Below are positions 10,440-19,621 of a DNA stretch of 64,000 nt, one piece after another. Source of the stretch: Candidatus Woesearchaeota archaeon. Its GTDB lineage: Archaea; Nanobdellota; Nanobdellia; Woesearchaeales; ARS49. The DNA lies in assembly GCA_016203305.1 (NCBI GenBank), contig JACQMY010000020.1:8003-72002 (forward strand). The letters run 5' to 3'. The notes beneath the pieces were generated by a model, which was not told the DNA's origin, ran no database searches, and was given only the letters and a program-made list of their open reading frames with translations. Position numbers and translations under genes: made by a program. Position 1 is the stretch's first letter; every line of letters starts with the position of its first letter.

Positions 10440-11048
10440 ATGAGCAGATTAGAATACAGAGTACAGCCACCAAGTCACGAACTATTCCAAGAAGCACTTG
10501 AGACCTTGCCTTGCCCAGTGCGGCAGCTTAAGGTACGCTTCTTCGCAAATGGATTCATCCCTCCAGAACGAGATGCTGGTGAAGATGCCGTCAATGCATA
10601 TCTTGCACAATGTTCAGAGCATGGAATTATACCAAACTCGTATTCTCAGCTTGAAGTCCACGAAGGTGGCAGATTCTCGACCGATAACTATCGCGCGGAA
10701 ACACTACGAAATGCACCTCCGCGTGCAATGAAAGCATTCCTCCAAGGAGGCAGAGTCAACCACGTTGAAGTTTTCATGCGCGATGGGGATAAAGAAAAAA
10801 TGCGCACATTGAAAGAACTTGTGTTCCCTGAGCTCAAAAAAGCAGCCTACTTGCCTCAATGCGCGAATATCGCGGTAACCATCCGTGGTGAGAGCGCAGA
10901 AAACTCCCTATTCCTTGGATTTGGACGGATCAACCCAGGCCTCTGGCTCTGCTTTGACAGTCTAACCGCAGAACAGCTTAGCGTTTTTGATCCGTGGTAT
11001 CGGGCACTCAAAGAGAAATACCACGACGAGACTTATGTTGAAGAATGA
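10440..11048 (+). CDS. Hypothetical protein
   Basis: Long ORF divergent from gltX, no recognised motif. Confidence 0.65.
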   Translation: MSRLEYRVQPPSHELFQEALETLPCPVRQLKVRFFANGFIPPERDAGEDAVNAYLAQCSEHGIIPNSYSQLEVHEGGRFSTDNYRAETLRNAPPRAMKAFLQGGRVNHVEVFMRDGDKEKMRTLKELVFPELKKAAYLPQCANIAVTIRGESAENSLFLGFGRINPGLWLCFDSLTAEQLSVFDPWYRALKEKYHDETYVEE

Positions 11049-11091
11049 TTCTTACTAACGCTGCAGCTTCTTCCGTTTATGTGTCCAGTAT

Positions 11092-11433
11092 CTACTTTAT
11101 GATTATATTGTCTTCAGATATAATTGCGATCTTCCCGTGGAGTTGGTTGAGGACTCCTGATAGTAGAACATGAAGGAGAACAGAGGAAACTGTTTCTGGA
11201 TCTTGATGCCGGCAACGCATGAGAATTACGCCAACTTTCTTGTAGAACGATACTTGAGCGAAATCCTTGTCATGGGTGATGATCACTCGCTGTTCTCGCT
11301 TTGCCATTGAGAGAACATGAACATCGGAGCTGCCGGAAAGTTGCTCCTCCTTGATATCCTTGACATCAAACCCTCCTGCGCGTATTCTTTGAACAACAAG
11401 TGCAGCGACGTTTTCATCCGTTAGGAACTTCAT
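11092..11433 (-). CDS. DUF5615 PIN-like toxin
   Basis: MKFLTDENV, IITHDKDF, GVILMR. Confidence 0.88.
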   Translation of the reverse strand: MKFLTDENVAALVVQRIRAGGFDVKDIKEEQLSGSSDVHVLSMAKREQRVIITHDKDFAQVSFYKKVGVILMRCRHQDPETVSSVLLHVLLSGVLNQLHGKIAIISEDNIIIK

Positions 11434-11660
11434 GCGAGTTGCGCAACGGCATAGAGCTCTTCGTTGCGAAGAACGCGAGATGCATATGCAAGCGCAGCAA
11501 GAACATCCTCGCGCTTGAGTTCAGGGTAGTTTTTGAGAATCTCCGCAATAGTCATGCCAGAGGCAAGAAGTTCAAGAATAAATTCCACGGATATTCGCGT
11601 CCCTCGAATTATCGGTTTTCCAGCAAGGATTTTCTTATCAATGATTATTCGGTCACTCAT
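11430..11660 (-). CDS. DUF433 antitoxin
   Basis: ILAGKPIIRGTRISV...YPELKREDVLAALAYA; ATGA overlap with toxin. Confidence 0.9.
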   Translation of the reverse strand: MSDRIIIDKKILAGKPIIRGTRISVEFILELLASGMTIAEILKNYPELKREDVLAALAYASRVLRNEELYAVAQLA

Positions 11661-11718
11661 AAGGGGGGATAAAAGCAGAAGCAATATATAAATTCGTTGC
11701 TGAAATATCCTTCTGCAA

Positions 11719-11973
11719 TCAGCGTTCCAGCTTCGGACTCTTGCGCTTGTGAGCCCAGCCGAGACCGTAAATGGCAACGACCACCCAAATTGTGTTCAGA
11801 ACAAAAGAAGCATACGACTCATGGCGGAAAGTCTCAATTGACAACAAAGCACCACCAAACAAGTTAAGCAACAAGTAAGTGTAAGAATGCGAGTGAACCA
11901 CTTTGTGAGTCAACAACCAAAAGGCCAACAAGATAATAAAAGCACCAGACCAGCCAAGAATGTCAAGAATCAT
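11719..11973 (-). CDS. Small membrane protein (CBU_0592-like)
   Basis: LGWSGA, YLLLNLFG, LNTIW; three TM segments. Confidence 0.7.
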   Translation of the reverse strand: MILDILGWSGAFIILLAFWLLTHKVVHSHSYTYLLLNLFGGALLSIETFRHESYASFVLNTIWVVVAIYGLGWAHKRKSPKLER

Positions 11974-12668
11974 CGCACTTTATTCCTCGCGCAACGCACA
12001 AACTTCCACGTTTTCTGAACGCGCGCTGCAAAAGAGTCAGCAGCCATTTCCTCTCGCGCAACAGAAGATGAAGAAAACCAAGCAATTGGTGAAAATGCTC
12101 GCACGATTCCATGGGAGAATTTATTCCAGGAGGCGCCGGATTTTACATGATGAAGCTCGTGCAACAAAACCGCTTCCAGCTCTTTCTGCGAAAGCACATC
12201 AAACATGCCAACAGAAACGAACACCCTCTTGCCCAACGTGAACGCTTGTGGAACACCCTTGTTGATCAAAAATAGCTCGGCAACAATGCCAGTCTTCCTC
12301 AACAATTTGTTGAACAATGCCGAGTCCAAAGGCTTTCCAACAAATCGATACGCGCGCGGCAGAATAAAGACTCCGCCAATCAAAGCAAAAGACAAAGCAA
12401 ACGGCAAAACATACAATATTGCCTTAGCAAACACGAAAGTACACCAAGCAAGCAAGCCCTCAACAAACTTCATGCTACAGTTGACTGACAAAGCGATGTA
12501 AAACAAAGGAGAAAGAACAAACACCAAGTGAGCGAACAACAGCCATGGCTTGTTATACCGCTTCCAAGCAATAAGTGAAGCCATAGCTATCAAAAGCGAA
12601 ACAGTCACCACTAACATTTTCGTTGGATTGGTAAGTAACGCTACCACGCCATCAACAACCATGGTCAC
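11970..12668 (-). CDS. Membrane Zn metalloprotease, M48/M56 (BlaR1-like)
   Basis: TM N-terminus, PQAFT, ELEAVLLHELHH (HExxH), EMAAD. Confidence 0.85.
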   Translation of the reverse strand: MTMVVDGVVALLTNPTKMLVVTVSLLIAMASLIAWKRYNKPWLLFAHLVFVLSPLFYIALSVNCSMKFVEGLLAWCTFVFAKAILYVLPFALSFALIGGVFILPRAYRFVGKPLDSALFNKLLRKTGIVAELFLINKGVPQAFTLGKRVFVSVGMFDVLSQKELEAVLLHELHHVKSGASWNKFSHGIVRAFSPIAWFSSSSVAREEMAADSFAARVQKTWKFVRCARNKVR

Positions 12669-13027
12669 CTCTTGAAACGATCATTGAAATATGACACTGC
12701 ATTCGAGCCAAAAGTCTCGATCAAACGATTGACAGTCTTCTCAACAACAGACTTCTCAAACTCCGCCTTATCTTGAGTTGGGAAATAAATATAACGCACG
12801 CCTCCACGCGCAGTTTCAACCTTTCTCGCCACAATACCCTTGTCATGGAGCCTGTCAAGGATTACAGCAACACTGCTCAATGCAACCTTCCTCTTTAACT
12901 TCTGATGAATCTCGCGAACGCGCAACTTCTTATCAGGCCAAAGAATGCCGAGTACATCTCCCTCCAACGGGCTGAGCAATGCATCAAAATCACTAACCTT
13001 TTCCTTCATAAGCCAAATAATGACCAT
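12665..13027 (-). CDS. BlaI/MecI/CopY-family repressor
   Basis: LSPLEGDVLGILW, VREI, VAVILDRLHDKG, YIYFP. Confidence 0.88.
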   Translation of the reverse strand: MVIIWLMKEKVSDFDALLSPLEGDVLGILWPDKKLRVREIHQKLKRKVALSSVAVILDRLHDKGIVARKVETARGGVRYIYFPTQDKAEFEKSVVEKTVNRLIETFGSNAVSYFNDRFKR

Positions 13028-13041
13028 TAGCTTTAAATATT

Positions 13042-13061
13042 TTACGCAAGTTGTAACGGTT
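13042..13061. promoter_or_regulatory. Candidate operator TTAC-N7-GTAA, copy 1
   Basis: TTACgcaagttGTAAcggtt between the repressor and the divergent lipoprotein gene. Confidence 0.6.
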
Positions 13062-13660
13062 TGATGAAACTACACGCATTACTGCTCACACTACTGCTTG
13101 CGTGCAGCACAACATTGACGCCAGAAGAGCAATCGTACAAAGAACTCTGCACTAAAAACAATCATGCATGGATGAGAATGAGCGAGCTCAAAGACGGACA
13201 CCCTACGGGCAACACGTGCTATGGCTGCATGCCAGACGAAAAAAACCACCTCTGCAGCAAGGAAGAGTATGACGCGCTATTGCCAAAACATGATGCTCAT
13301 GAAGCGCACATCGCAACCATGCTAGTACACGCAAATGGCAATCGCACGGTTAACATACACGACTACTCTGTAACCCTTCAACACGACCCGCTCGAAACAG
13401 ACAAAGAACTAGACTTCAAATTCTCTTACGAAAAACAAGGACAGCCGTTAACACTTCAACTCACACATTCTGCACCAATGCACGCGATCATTGTAAGCAA
13501 GGATTTGGAAAAATTCTACCACCTACATCCTGAACTTGAAAAACCTGGAACGCTAAGCACACGCCATATATTTGACAAGCCAGGAAAGTACCGGATGTGG
13601 ATAGAATTCACCTATTATAATATACAGCACACCATTGATTTTGATTTGGAAGTAAAATGA
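13061..13660 (+). CDS. His/Cys-rich putative heavy-metal-binding lipoprotein
   Basis: LLLAC lipobox, CYGC, MHAIIVSKDLEKFYHLHP, PGKYRMWIEF. Confidence 0.75.
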   Translation: MMKLHALLLTLLLACSTTLTPEEQSYKELCTKNNHAWMRMSELKDGHPTGNTCYGCMPDEKNHLCSKEEYDALLPKHDAHEAHIATMLVHANGNRTVNIHDYSVTLQHDPLETDKELDFKFSYEKQGQPLTLQLTHSAPMHAIIVSKDLEKFYHLHPELEKPGTLSTRHIFDKPGKYRMWIEFTYYNIQHTIDFDLEVK

Positions 13661-14601
13661 AAAAAATACTGATCGCGATACTACTTTGCGTAGGACTAGC
13701 AGCAGCACTAGAGTTCCCACCAGGAGCGCAAAAAGTACTGGAACACGAGCTAAACATAGGACTGGCAATAACCTTTCTGATAGCATTCATCGGAGGAATA
13801 ATCACTTTCACATCACCATGCGGATTTGTCGTCCTGCCCGCGTTCTTCAGCTACATATTCAAAGAACGCAAAAGAGCGCTATTTATGACATCTTTATTCT
13901 CACTTGGCATGACGCTCGCTTTCATAATATTCGGCATCATAGCAGGCTTAGTTGGAAACTTCTTCAACACCTACAGAGAATTCTTCGCAATCATTTCAGG
14001 ACTGCTCTTGATATTGTTTGGCATAATGCTGATGCTAAACAAAGGCTTCTCACTATTTGATTTCAAAGTCAAACACAAACCAAACCACGGCTGGGGAGTA
14101 TTCTTCCTAGGATTCTTCTTCGCAATCGGCTGGACACCATGCGTGGGGCCAATACTCGCAGGAGTCATAGTCCTCTCCGCGCAAGCAGGAGCTCTTTGGA
14201 AATCAGTAGCATTATTTGCATTTTATGCACTTGGAGTAGCGGCACCATTGCTTCTGGTCTCATATTTTTCTGACAAATATGACTTGTCAAAATGGTTCAC
14301 CAGCAAACACGTACGCATCAAGATACTTGGCAGAACAATTTACACACACCTTTATGGAATAATTGGAGGTTTGTTGTTGGTACTTGTTGGCATTATTATG
14401 GTTGCCTATCAAGGAACAAGAGTGTTCATGGTCACGATACCCCAATATTTGCCATGGACAATGGACTTTTTCACAAGAACAAACGAAAAACTAGTTGAAA
14501 ACACATTCTTCACCGGCACAACAGCAAACGCGATAGGAATAGCATTTGCAGTACTAGTTCTTCTCGTAATGTGGCAAGCGATAAGAAAGCATGGAAAGTA
14601 G
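13657..14601 (+). CDS. ccdA: CcdA/DsbD-type transmembrane disulfide reductant
   Basis: FTSPCGFVVLP and WTPCVGPIL conserved Cys motifs. Confidence 0.88.
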   Translation: MKKILIAILLCVGLAAALEFPPGAQKVLEHELNIGLAITFLIAFIGGIITFTSPCGFVVLPAFFSYIFKERKRALFMTSLFSLGMTLAFIIFGIIAGLVGNFFNTYREFFAIISGLLLILFGIMLMLNKGFSLFDFKVKHKPNHGWGVFFLGFFFAIGWTPCVGPILAGVIVLSAQAGALWKSVALFAFYALGVAAPLLLVSYFSDKYDLSKWFTSKHVRIKILGRTIYTHLYGIIGGLLLVLVGIIMVAYQGTRVFMVTIPQYLPWTMDFFTRTNEKLVENTFFTGTTANAIGIAFAVLVLLVMWQAIRKHGK

Positions 14602-14822
14602 GAGTTTTTATCTGGTTTGAATCTACTTTTCAGCCATTCATAATTAAGCTGTCTACTCAAGCCAAGCACCAGAAGAGCGAGTTCGAGACCGTCCCAGAAT
14701 GCGACTCGTTTGGAATTGTTAAAAGAATGTGAACATGCTCTCTTTATTAAGACATAGAAAAACGTATAACGTCTTTAATGATAATGGAAATTTTAATAAA
14801 CAGTTATTGAAGTTTCGCCAAT

Positions 14823-15182
14823 ATGGAGTTCGACGAATACTTTCTTAATGCACAACGAGATGGCAACGAAGTTTATCTTGGCGAGGACATTGTTCTTGTC
14901 GTATATGAAAATGGAGGTATTGCCTTGCAAACACAACACCCTACATTTTACTTCAATGGCGTATTCTGTGATGCAGAGTTTATTCCCGGAAGCGACCTAG
15001 AGCAACGCCTGAATGAATTAAGAAGGCCCGAAAACCGTCAAGGCATTAAATCTGAACTTACCAATAGACTCAGGCAACTATGGAATATTGTTCAATCTTG
15101 GCATGAAGACAATGACCCTGGAATGGACTTTGATATTCTTGGCAGATATAATCCCTGCCGTTTCAAAGGAAAACCAAAATAA
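14823..15182 (+). CDS. Hypothetical protein
   Basis: 119-aa ORF, no motif recognised. Confidence 0.55.
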   Translation: MEFDEYFLNAQRDGNEVYLGEDIVLVVYENGGIALQTQHPTFYFNGVFCDAEFIPGSDLEQRLNELRRPENRQGIKSELTNRLRQLWNIVQSWHEDNDPGMDFDILGRYNPCRFKGKPK

Positions 15183-15403
15183 TATCACGACCCATTAAGA
15201 TTATCTGGATTGTGGGATGGAAGTCTACGCAATTATTTTTTCGGCTTCAGAAGTTTCAATTTCTGTTGGTTTGTACTGCTCAAGAATTCCTTTGAGTATT
15301 TGGTTATGCAGTTTTATGAGCTGTTGAACAGTTGGATTTTTCTGAATTCCTCAGAACACATTAGCTTTGACATAATAGTGAGCATCATCCAATAAAGCCC
15401 GAA

Positions 15404-16357
15404 CTACTCAACAACCAGCTTGCCACGAGCCATGTCCATGGAGCAATGGTAGACAAAAGTGCCTGCTTTGTCTGGAGTGAACTCTATTGTTGTAAGTTCG
15501 CCTACTGGAATGATCTTCCTGATCTTGAAATCAGGAAAGACAATCTCTCGTGCGCAACCAGCAGACTCCTCAGCAGTAACTTTGATTCTCAAAGGAATGC
15601 CTTTCTTTGCAACAATCACGTTCGGACTGTAAGCAGAATCCTTCATCAACAAATCAACCTCTTGAACGCTTCCTTTCAAGATCGCTTCTTTTTTATCCTC
15701 CTTCTGCTGTAGGTATGCAGGCAGTTTGAGCTCTTGGTTGCTGGCTGTTGGCGGTTGGCTATTGGCTGTTGGTTGGCTGTCAGCTATTGGCTGTTGGCTG
15801 TTAGTTTGTGGTGAGTAGTTTGTAGAGACTGCGAACGACAAACTCAAACTTAGGATCAATGCACCTAACGCGAGAATTGTCCACAAAGATATGAATCCCT
15901 TTGGCACTTCTGGCTTTTTCTTAGGCTGGCAACAACAAATTCCACAATGCACTGCGTACACCAAGCCAAGCACGCTCGCCGCGATAATTAAGGTGAAGAA
16001 TGGAATGAAAATATCTGCATTAAACGGACGCATCATCTGGCCAAGCATGGCACCCATCATGCCACCCATCGGGCCAGCAATCACGCCCTCCATAACGCCC
16101 AAATGGCCGCCAAGTCTTCCCAACGGCAAGCCGAACAACAAACCGACAAGGCTCCCGCCAATAACGCCCCATAAGAAATCACCAGTTGGAAGAACATGCA
16201 AAGTAGCAGTAACCAAGCCAGCAATCATGCCAAACGTCATGCCAACCATCATGCCGTGCATCTCATCAATCCACTTTCTGCGAGGAAGCATGTAAGCAGC
16301 AGCGCTGACTAACAAAATAAGATATGCAACAAAAAGCAGTGCGAAAGAATTGACCAT
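15404..16357 (-). CDS. Met/Gly-rich membrane protein with C-terminal cupredoxin domain
   Basis: MHGMMVGM, GPMGGMMGAM, CGICCC, AGCARE, YHCSMDM; start set at MVNSF. Confidence 0.85.
   Translation of the reverse strand: MVNSFALLFVAYLILLVSAAAYMLPRRKWIDEMHGMMVGMTFGMIAGLVTATLHVLPTGDFLWGVIGGSLVGLLFGLPLGRLGGHLGVMEGVIAGPMGGMMGAMLGQMMRPFNADIFIPFFTLIIAASVLGLVYAVHCGICCCQPKKKPEVPKGFISLWTILALGALILSLSLSFAVSTNYSPQTNSQQPIADSQPTANSQPPTASNQELKLPAYLQQKEDKKEAILKGSVQEVDLLMKDSAYSPNVIVAKKGIPLRIKVTAEESAGCAREIVFPDFKIRKIIPVGELTTIEFTPDKAGTFVYHCSMDMARGKLVVE
15727..15826 (+). repeat. Heptamer array inside a coding region
   Basis: ttggcgg ttggcta ttggctg ... tcagcta ttggctg ttggctg ttagttt; reads NSQQPIADSQPTANSQPPTA in the minus-strand protein. 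Confidence 0.85.
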
Positions 16358-16361
16358 ACTG

Positions 16362-16381
16362 TTACCCTTTTTGTAAAGGTT
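16362..16381. promoter_or_regulatory. Candidate operator TTAC-N7-GTAA, copy 2
   Basis: TTACcctttttGTAAaggtt between two divergent genes. Confidence 0.6.
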
Positions 16382-16409
16382 TTTATACTTTTCGCTATCA
16401 CCCGTTTCC

Positions 16410-17039
16410 ATGGACGATGAAATGACCAGTCATGAAAAAAGAGAAGCAGCCAGGCATGCAAAAGAAACAGAACATCGCAAAAGACAGGAAGAACAAGAAG
16501 CACGCGATCGCAAAAAAAGCTACACCACGACCGGCATCATATTGGCGGTCTTTGTTATCTTTGCAATAGGCATAATATACCTCATGACCACAAAAGAAGA
16601 AATGTACATGCCACGAGAAATCCACTGGCACGCACTAGTCGACATAAACCTCTGCGGGCAACATAAAGATTTGCCACGCGCAGAATCAAGCGACACCGTC
16701 CATGGAAAAGCATACCGTGGAATACACCTCCTTCACACACACGATGACAACGTCATCCACATAGAAGGAGTAATTCCAAAGAAAGAAGACATAGCACTCG
16801 GAAGATTCTTTGACGCCATTGAAGTTCCGTTTGACAAAGACAAAATAATGGACGTAAAGAACGGAGATTTGTGCAACGGCAAGCCAGGATTGCTCAAAAT
16901 GTACGTCAACGACGTCCCAAGCACATCAGTCAGAGACTACATAATTGCGGCAACACCAGATGCGAGAAATCAAGTCATAAAGCTTGTATTCGAGCCAGAA
17001 GGCGGAATGCCTGCAAAATCAAATTCAACGCAAACTTAA
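16410..17039 (+). CDS. Membrane-anchored His-motif protein (putative metal binding)
   Basis: Single TM, IHWHA, LCG, LHTHDDNVIHIEG, LGRFF. Confidence 0.8.
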   Translation: MDDEMTSHEKREAARHAKETEHRKRQEEQEARDRKKSYTTTGIILAVFVIFAIGIIYLMTTKEEMYMPREIHWHALVDINLCGQHKDLPRAESSDTVHGKAYRGIHLLHTHDDNVIHIEGVIPKKEDIALGRFFDAIEVPFDKDKIMDVKNGDLCNGKPGLLKMYVNDVPSTSVRDYIIAATPDARNQVIKLVFEPEGGMPAKSNSTQT

Positions 17040-17080
17040 TATACCAGAAGCGTTTCAATATTTGTAAAGCAAGAGGGACA

Positions 17081-17800
17081 ATGACAAAAAACGACGACAT
17101 CTTCAGCGGACCATTAGTCTGGGTAATTGCAATAGCAGCAGTACTTATACTATTTAATCAAATACAACTCTACCAACTGAGCACAATGCTAGGCACGCCA
17201 GTGCTGCCAGGAAGCACGTCAACCATAGTCCGCACATTCAGCGGTGGAGATCTAAAAGAAGTTGACGTCAACAACATCAAAAGCACGCCACAAGCAGTAG
17301 CGGCAGTAGTAGACCTATCAGGCGCAAAAGACGCGCAAAGTGTAATCAACGCAATGATCCCGCAAGGAACACCAGACTACGGCAAAGACCTCGGCATCAG
17401 CTACGACGACCCGGTCACAGCACTACAATTCCTCGCGTACAAACTATATCCTGCAATAAAACAAGACGTACAACAAAACAACCCAGACGTCTGGCAAAGA
17501 TACCTGAATCTAGCAACAAAACCAGTAGGCATCAGTTGCGAATACTGCTGCGGCGTAGGACCAGTCAGCATAACAGCACAAGGACAGCTCACCTGCGGAT
17601 GCAGCCACGCACCAGCAATCCACGCAATAACACTCTACCTGATGAAAAACACAGACATGAATGACGCAGAGGTCCTCAGGGAAGTCATGCGCTGGAAAGC
17701 ACTATGGTTCCCGAAAAACATGGTAGAAATCGGCATGAAACTCGCAGGAGGAGACTCAAGCGTACTAGCAGACGTGCCATCAATGGTTGGAGGGTGTTAG
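17081..17800 (+). CDS. Membrane-anchored Cys-cluster protein ending in PSMVGGC
   Basis: SD GAGGGA before ATG 17081; SCEYCCG, CGCSH, WKALWFP, MVGGC. Confidence 0.85.
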   Translation: MTKNDDIFSGPLVWVIAIAAVLILFNQIQLYQLSTMLGTPVLPGSTSTIVRTFSGGDLKEVDVNNIKSTPQAVAAVVDLSGAKDAQSVINAMIPQGTPDYGKDLGISYDDPVTALQFLAYKLYPAIKQDVQQNNPDVWQRYLNLATKPVGISCEYCCGVGPVSITAQGQLTCGCSHAPAIHAITLYLMKNTDMNDAEVLREVMRWKALWFPKNMVEIGMKLAGGDSSVLADVPSMVGGC

Positions 17801-17837
17801 GGCATTAGGATGTAGGTATTAGGTTGTAGGACGAAGA
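17801..17837 (+). repeat. Short heptamer array
   Basis: cattagg atgtagg tattagg ttgtagg acgaaga. Confidence 0.8.
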
Positions 17838-17874
17838 AAACTAACAATTGACATTCAATACGGAGGGGAAAAAC

Positions 17875-18081
17875 ATGAACAAAAACGTCGTAATCGCAAT
17901 CGTGCTCGGCGCACTCGTGCTCATCGCAGGAGTCCAAGCATTCCAGCTGTTCACACTAAAAAACAAGCTGGCAGAGGGAAGCTACAGCACAAGCGTAGCA
18001 CCACAAGCAGGAGCATCAGGAAGCAGCCCACAATTGCCAAGCAACCTGCAAAACCTGCCATCAATGGTTGGCGGATGTTAG
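17875..18081 (+). CDS. Small membrane-anchored protein ending in PSMVGGC
   Basis: SD GGAGGGG; TM helix, flexible linker, LPSMVGGC. Confidence 0.85.
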   Translation: MNKNVVIAIVLGALVLIAGVQAFQLFTLKNKLAEGSYSTSVAPQAGASGSSPQLPSNLQNLPSMVGGC

Positions 18082-18199
18082 TATTGGGATGTAAGGCGTA
18101 GAATGAATGAAGAAGGCAGACTGATGAAAATATCCGTTCTCCGCCATTCACTATTCAAACAGCCAAAAACATAAATAGGGGCACTAGTCGAGGAGTCAT

Positions 18200-19351
18200 A
18201 TGAAGAAGAAAACAGCACTTGATCTCAACACTCTACTTGTAATACTTCTTGTCCTAGTAGTCGCAGCAGGATTGTACTTCACACTAAGCGTGCCAAAACC
18301 AAAAGCACCAGAACCAACACAGCCCGCCCTTAAAATAACCGCAACAATACTAGGCAACGACTGTGAAGACTGCTTCAATACAACAGTAGCAACAGACTTC
18401 TTGGCAAAACAAACAAATCTCAATATTACAGAAATCAAACAACTAACCATACAAGAAAGCAAAGAACTCGCGGATAAGTATAACATAACCAGACTACCAG
18501 CAATAGTGCTAACTGGAGAAGTAAACAATCTCACAATACCAAACTTTGAACAAAAAGAAGGCGCACTAGTGTTTGCGAACGCACCACCACCATATTATGA
18601 TATTGCCACGAAACAGTACCGCGGAAAAATAACACTCACAACAATAGACGTAACGTGCCAAGACTGCTTCAACATGAGCTCTTTACTCGGTCAATTAGAG
18701 CAAGCAGGAGTCAAAATAGACAAAAAAACACAACTCCTGGCAACCAGCGAAGAAGCAAAAACACTCATTTCCAAATACAAAATACAAAAACTACCAACAC
18801 TAATAATGAGCAAAGAAGCTCTTGAGTACGGGGTGATCAACGAAGTATGGGGTCAAGTAGGCAGCGAAGAAGAAGACGGAAACTTAATATTACGGTTTGT
18901 CTACCCACCATACGTAAATGCGAGCACAGGCAAAACAGAAGGACTAGTAGACCTAACGCTGCTAACAGACAAAACATGCACAGACTGCCTAAACACAACA
19001 GTCTACGAAGAACTCTTCAAACAAGGACTAAACATGCGCACCAAAACAATAACAAACGTTGACGTATCAAGCGCAAAAGGAAAACTATTGATAAAAAAAT
19101 ACAACATAACAATCGTGCCAACCCTAATTGCAAGCAAAGATGCAGCACAATATCCTGTCATGGCAGAAGTCTGGCAACAACTAGGAAGTATTGAAAAAGA
19201 CGGCAGCTATGTGCTAAGAAATGTTCAGCTAATGGAACGCGCAGTCGGCAGCCCAATCACGTACAAAAACTTAACATCAGGAGAAACACAACTAAGCTCC
19301 CAACCAAAAGAAGAAGCAGACATCTCTGCACCAGAAGCGGAAGAAGACTAG
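18200..19351 (+). CDS. Membrane-anchored protein with three CxxC thioredoxin-like repeats
   Basis: CEDC, CQDC, CTDC, each followed by KY(N/K)IxxxP(A/T). Confidence 0.85.
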   Translation: MKKKTALDLNTLLVILLVLVVAAGLYFTLSVPKPKAPEPTQPALKITATILGNDCEDCFNTTVATDFLAKQTNLNITEIKQLTIQESKELADKYNITRLPAIVLTGEVNNLTIPNFEQKEGALVFANAPPPYYDIATKQYRGKITLTTIDVTCQDCFNMSSLLGQLEQAGVKIDKKTQLLATSEEAKTLISKYKIQKLPTLIMSKEALEYGVINEVWGQVGSEEEDGNLILRFVYPPYVNASTGKTEGLVDLTLLTDKTCTDCLNTTVYEELFKQGLNMRTKTITNVDVSSAKGKLLIKKYNITIVPTLIASKDAAQYPVMAEVWQQLGSIEKDGSYVLRNVQLMERAVGSPITYKNLTSGETQLSSQPKEEADISAPEAEED

Positions 19352-19360
19352 TTCTAGGGG

Positions 19361-19507
19361 TATTGGGACGTAGGCGAAAGGATGAAGGTATTAGGCGTTA
19401 GGTTGTAGGTATTAGGATGTAGGGCGAAGGCGGAAGGGAAAAGGTATTAGGCTGGAGGGTGAAGGGCGGAGGATGAAGATTGGCTTTTGGCCATTGGCTA
19501 TTGGTAG
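19361..19507 (+). repeat. Long heptamer array
   Basis: 17 in-phase NNNNAGG-type units (19361-19479) then ttggctt ttggcca ttggcta ttggtag. Confidence 0.92.
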
Positions 19508-19621
19508 GTAGTCTGCCGTTTTTATCAAAAGCTCAACAGCCTACGCCGGCCAAGCTAAACTTTGTCGTTCTGCACCCTTTTGTTCGCAACTATTAAAAAC
19601 TTAAGAGTGCAAGCTTTGTTC

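Noticed and set aside
14676-14710. tRNA-like fragment GCGAGTTCGAGACC
   Set aside because: No cloverleaf or acceptor stem can be built around it.
17780-18081. Selenocysteine or pyrrolysine readthrough after MVGGC
   Set aside because: Both stops are TAG, not TGA, they run straight into repeat DNA, and no Sec/Pyl machinery is visible.
19361-19507. Heptamer arrays as CRISPR arrays
   Set aside because: No constant 25-40 nt repeat with unique spacers, and no cas genes in the window.
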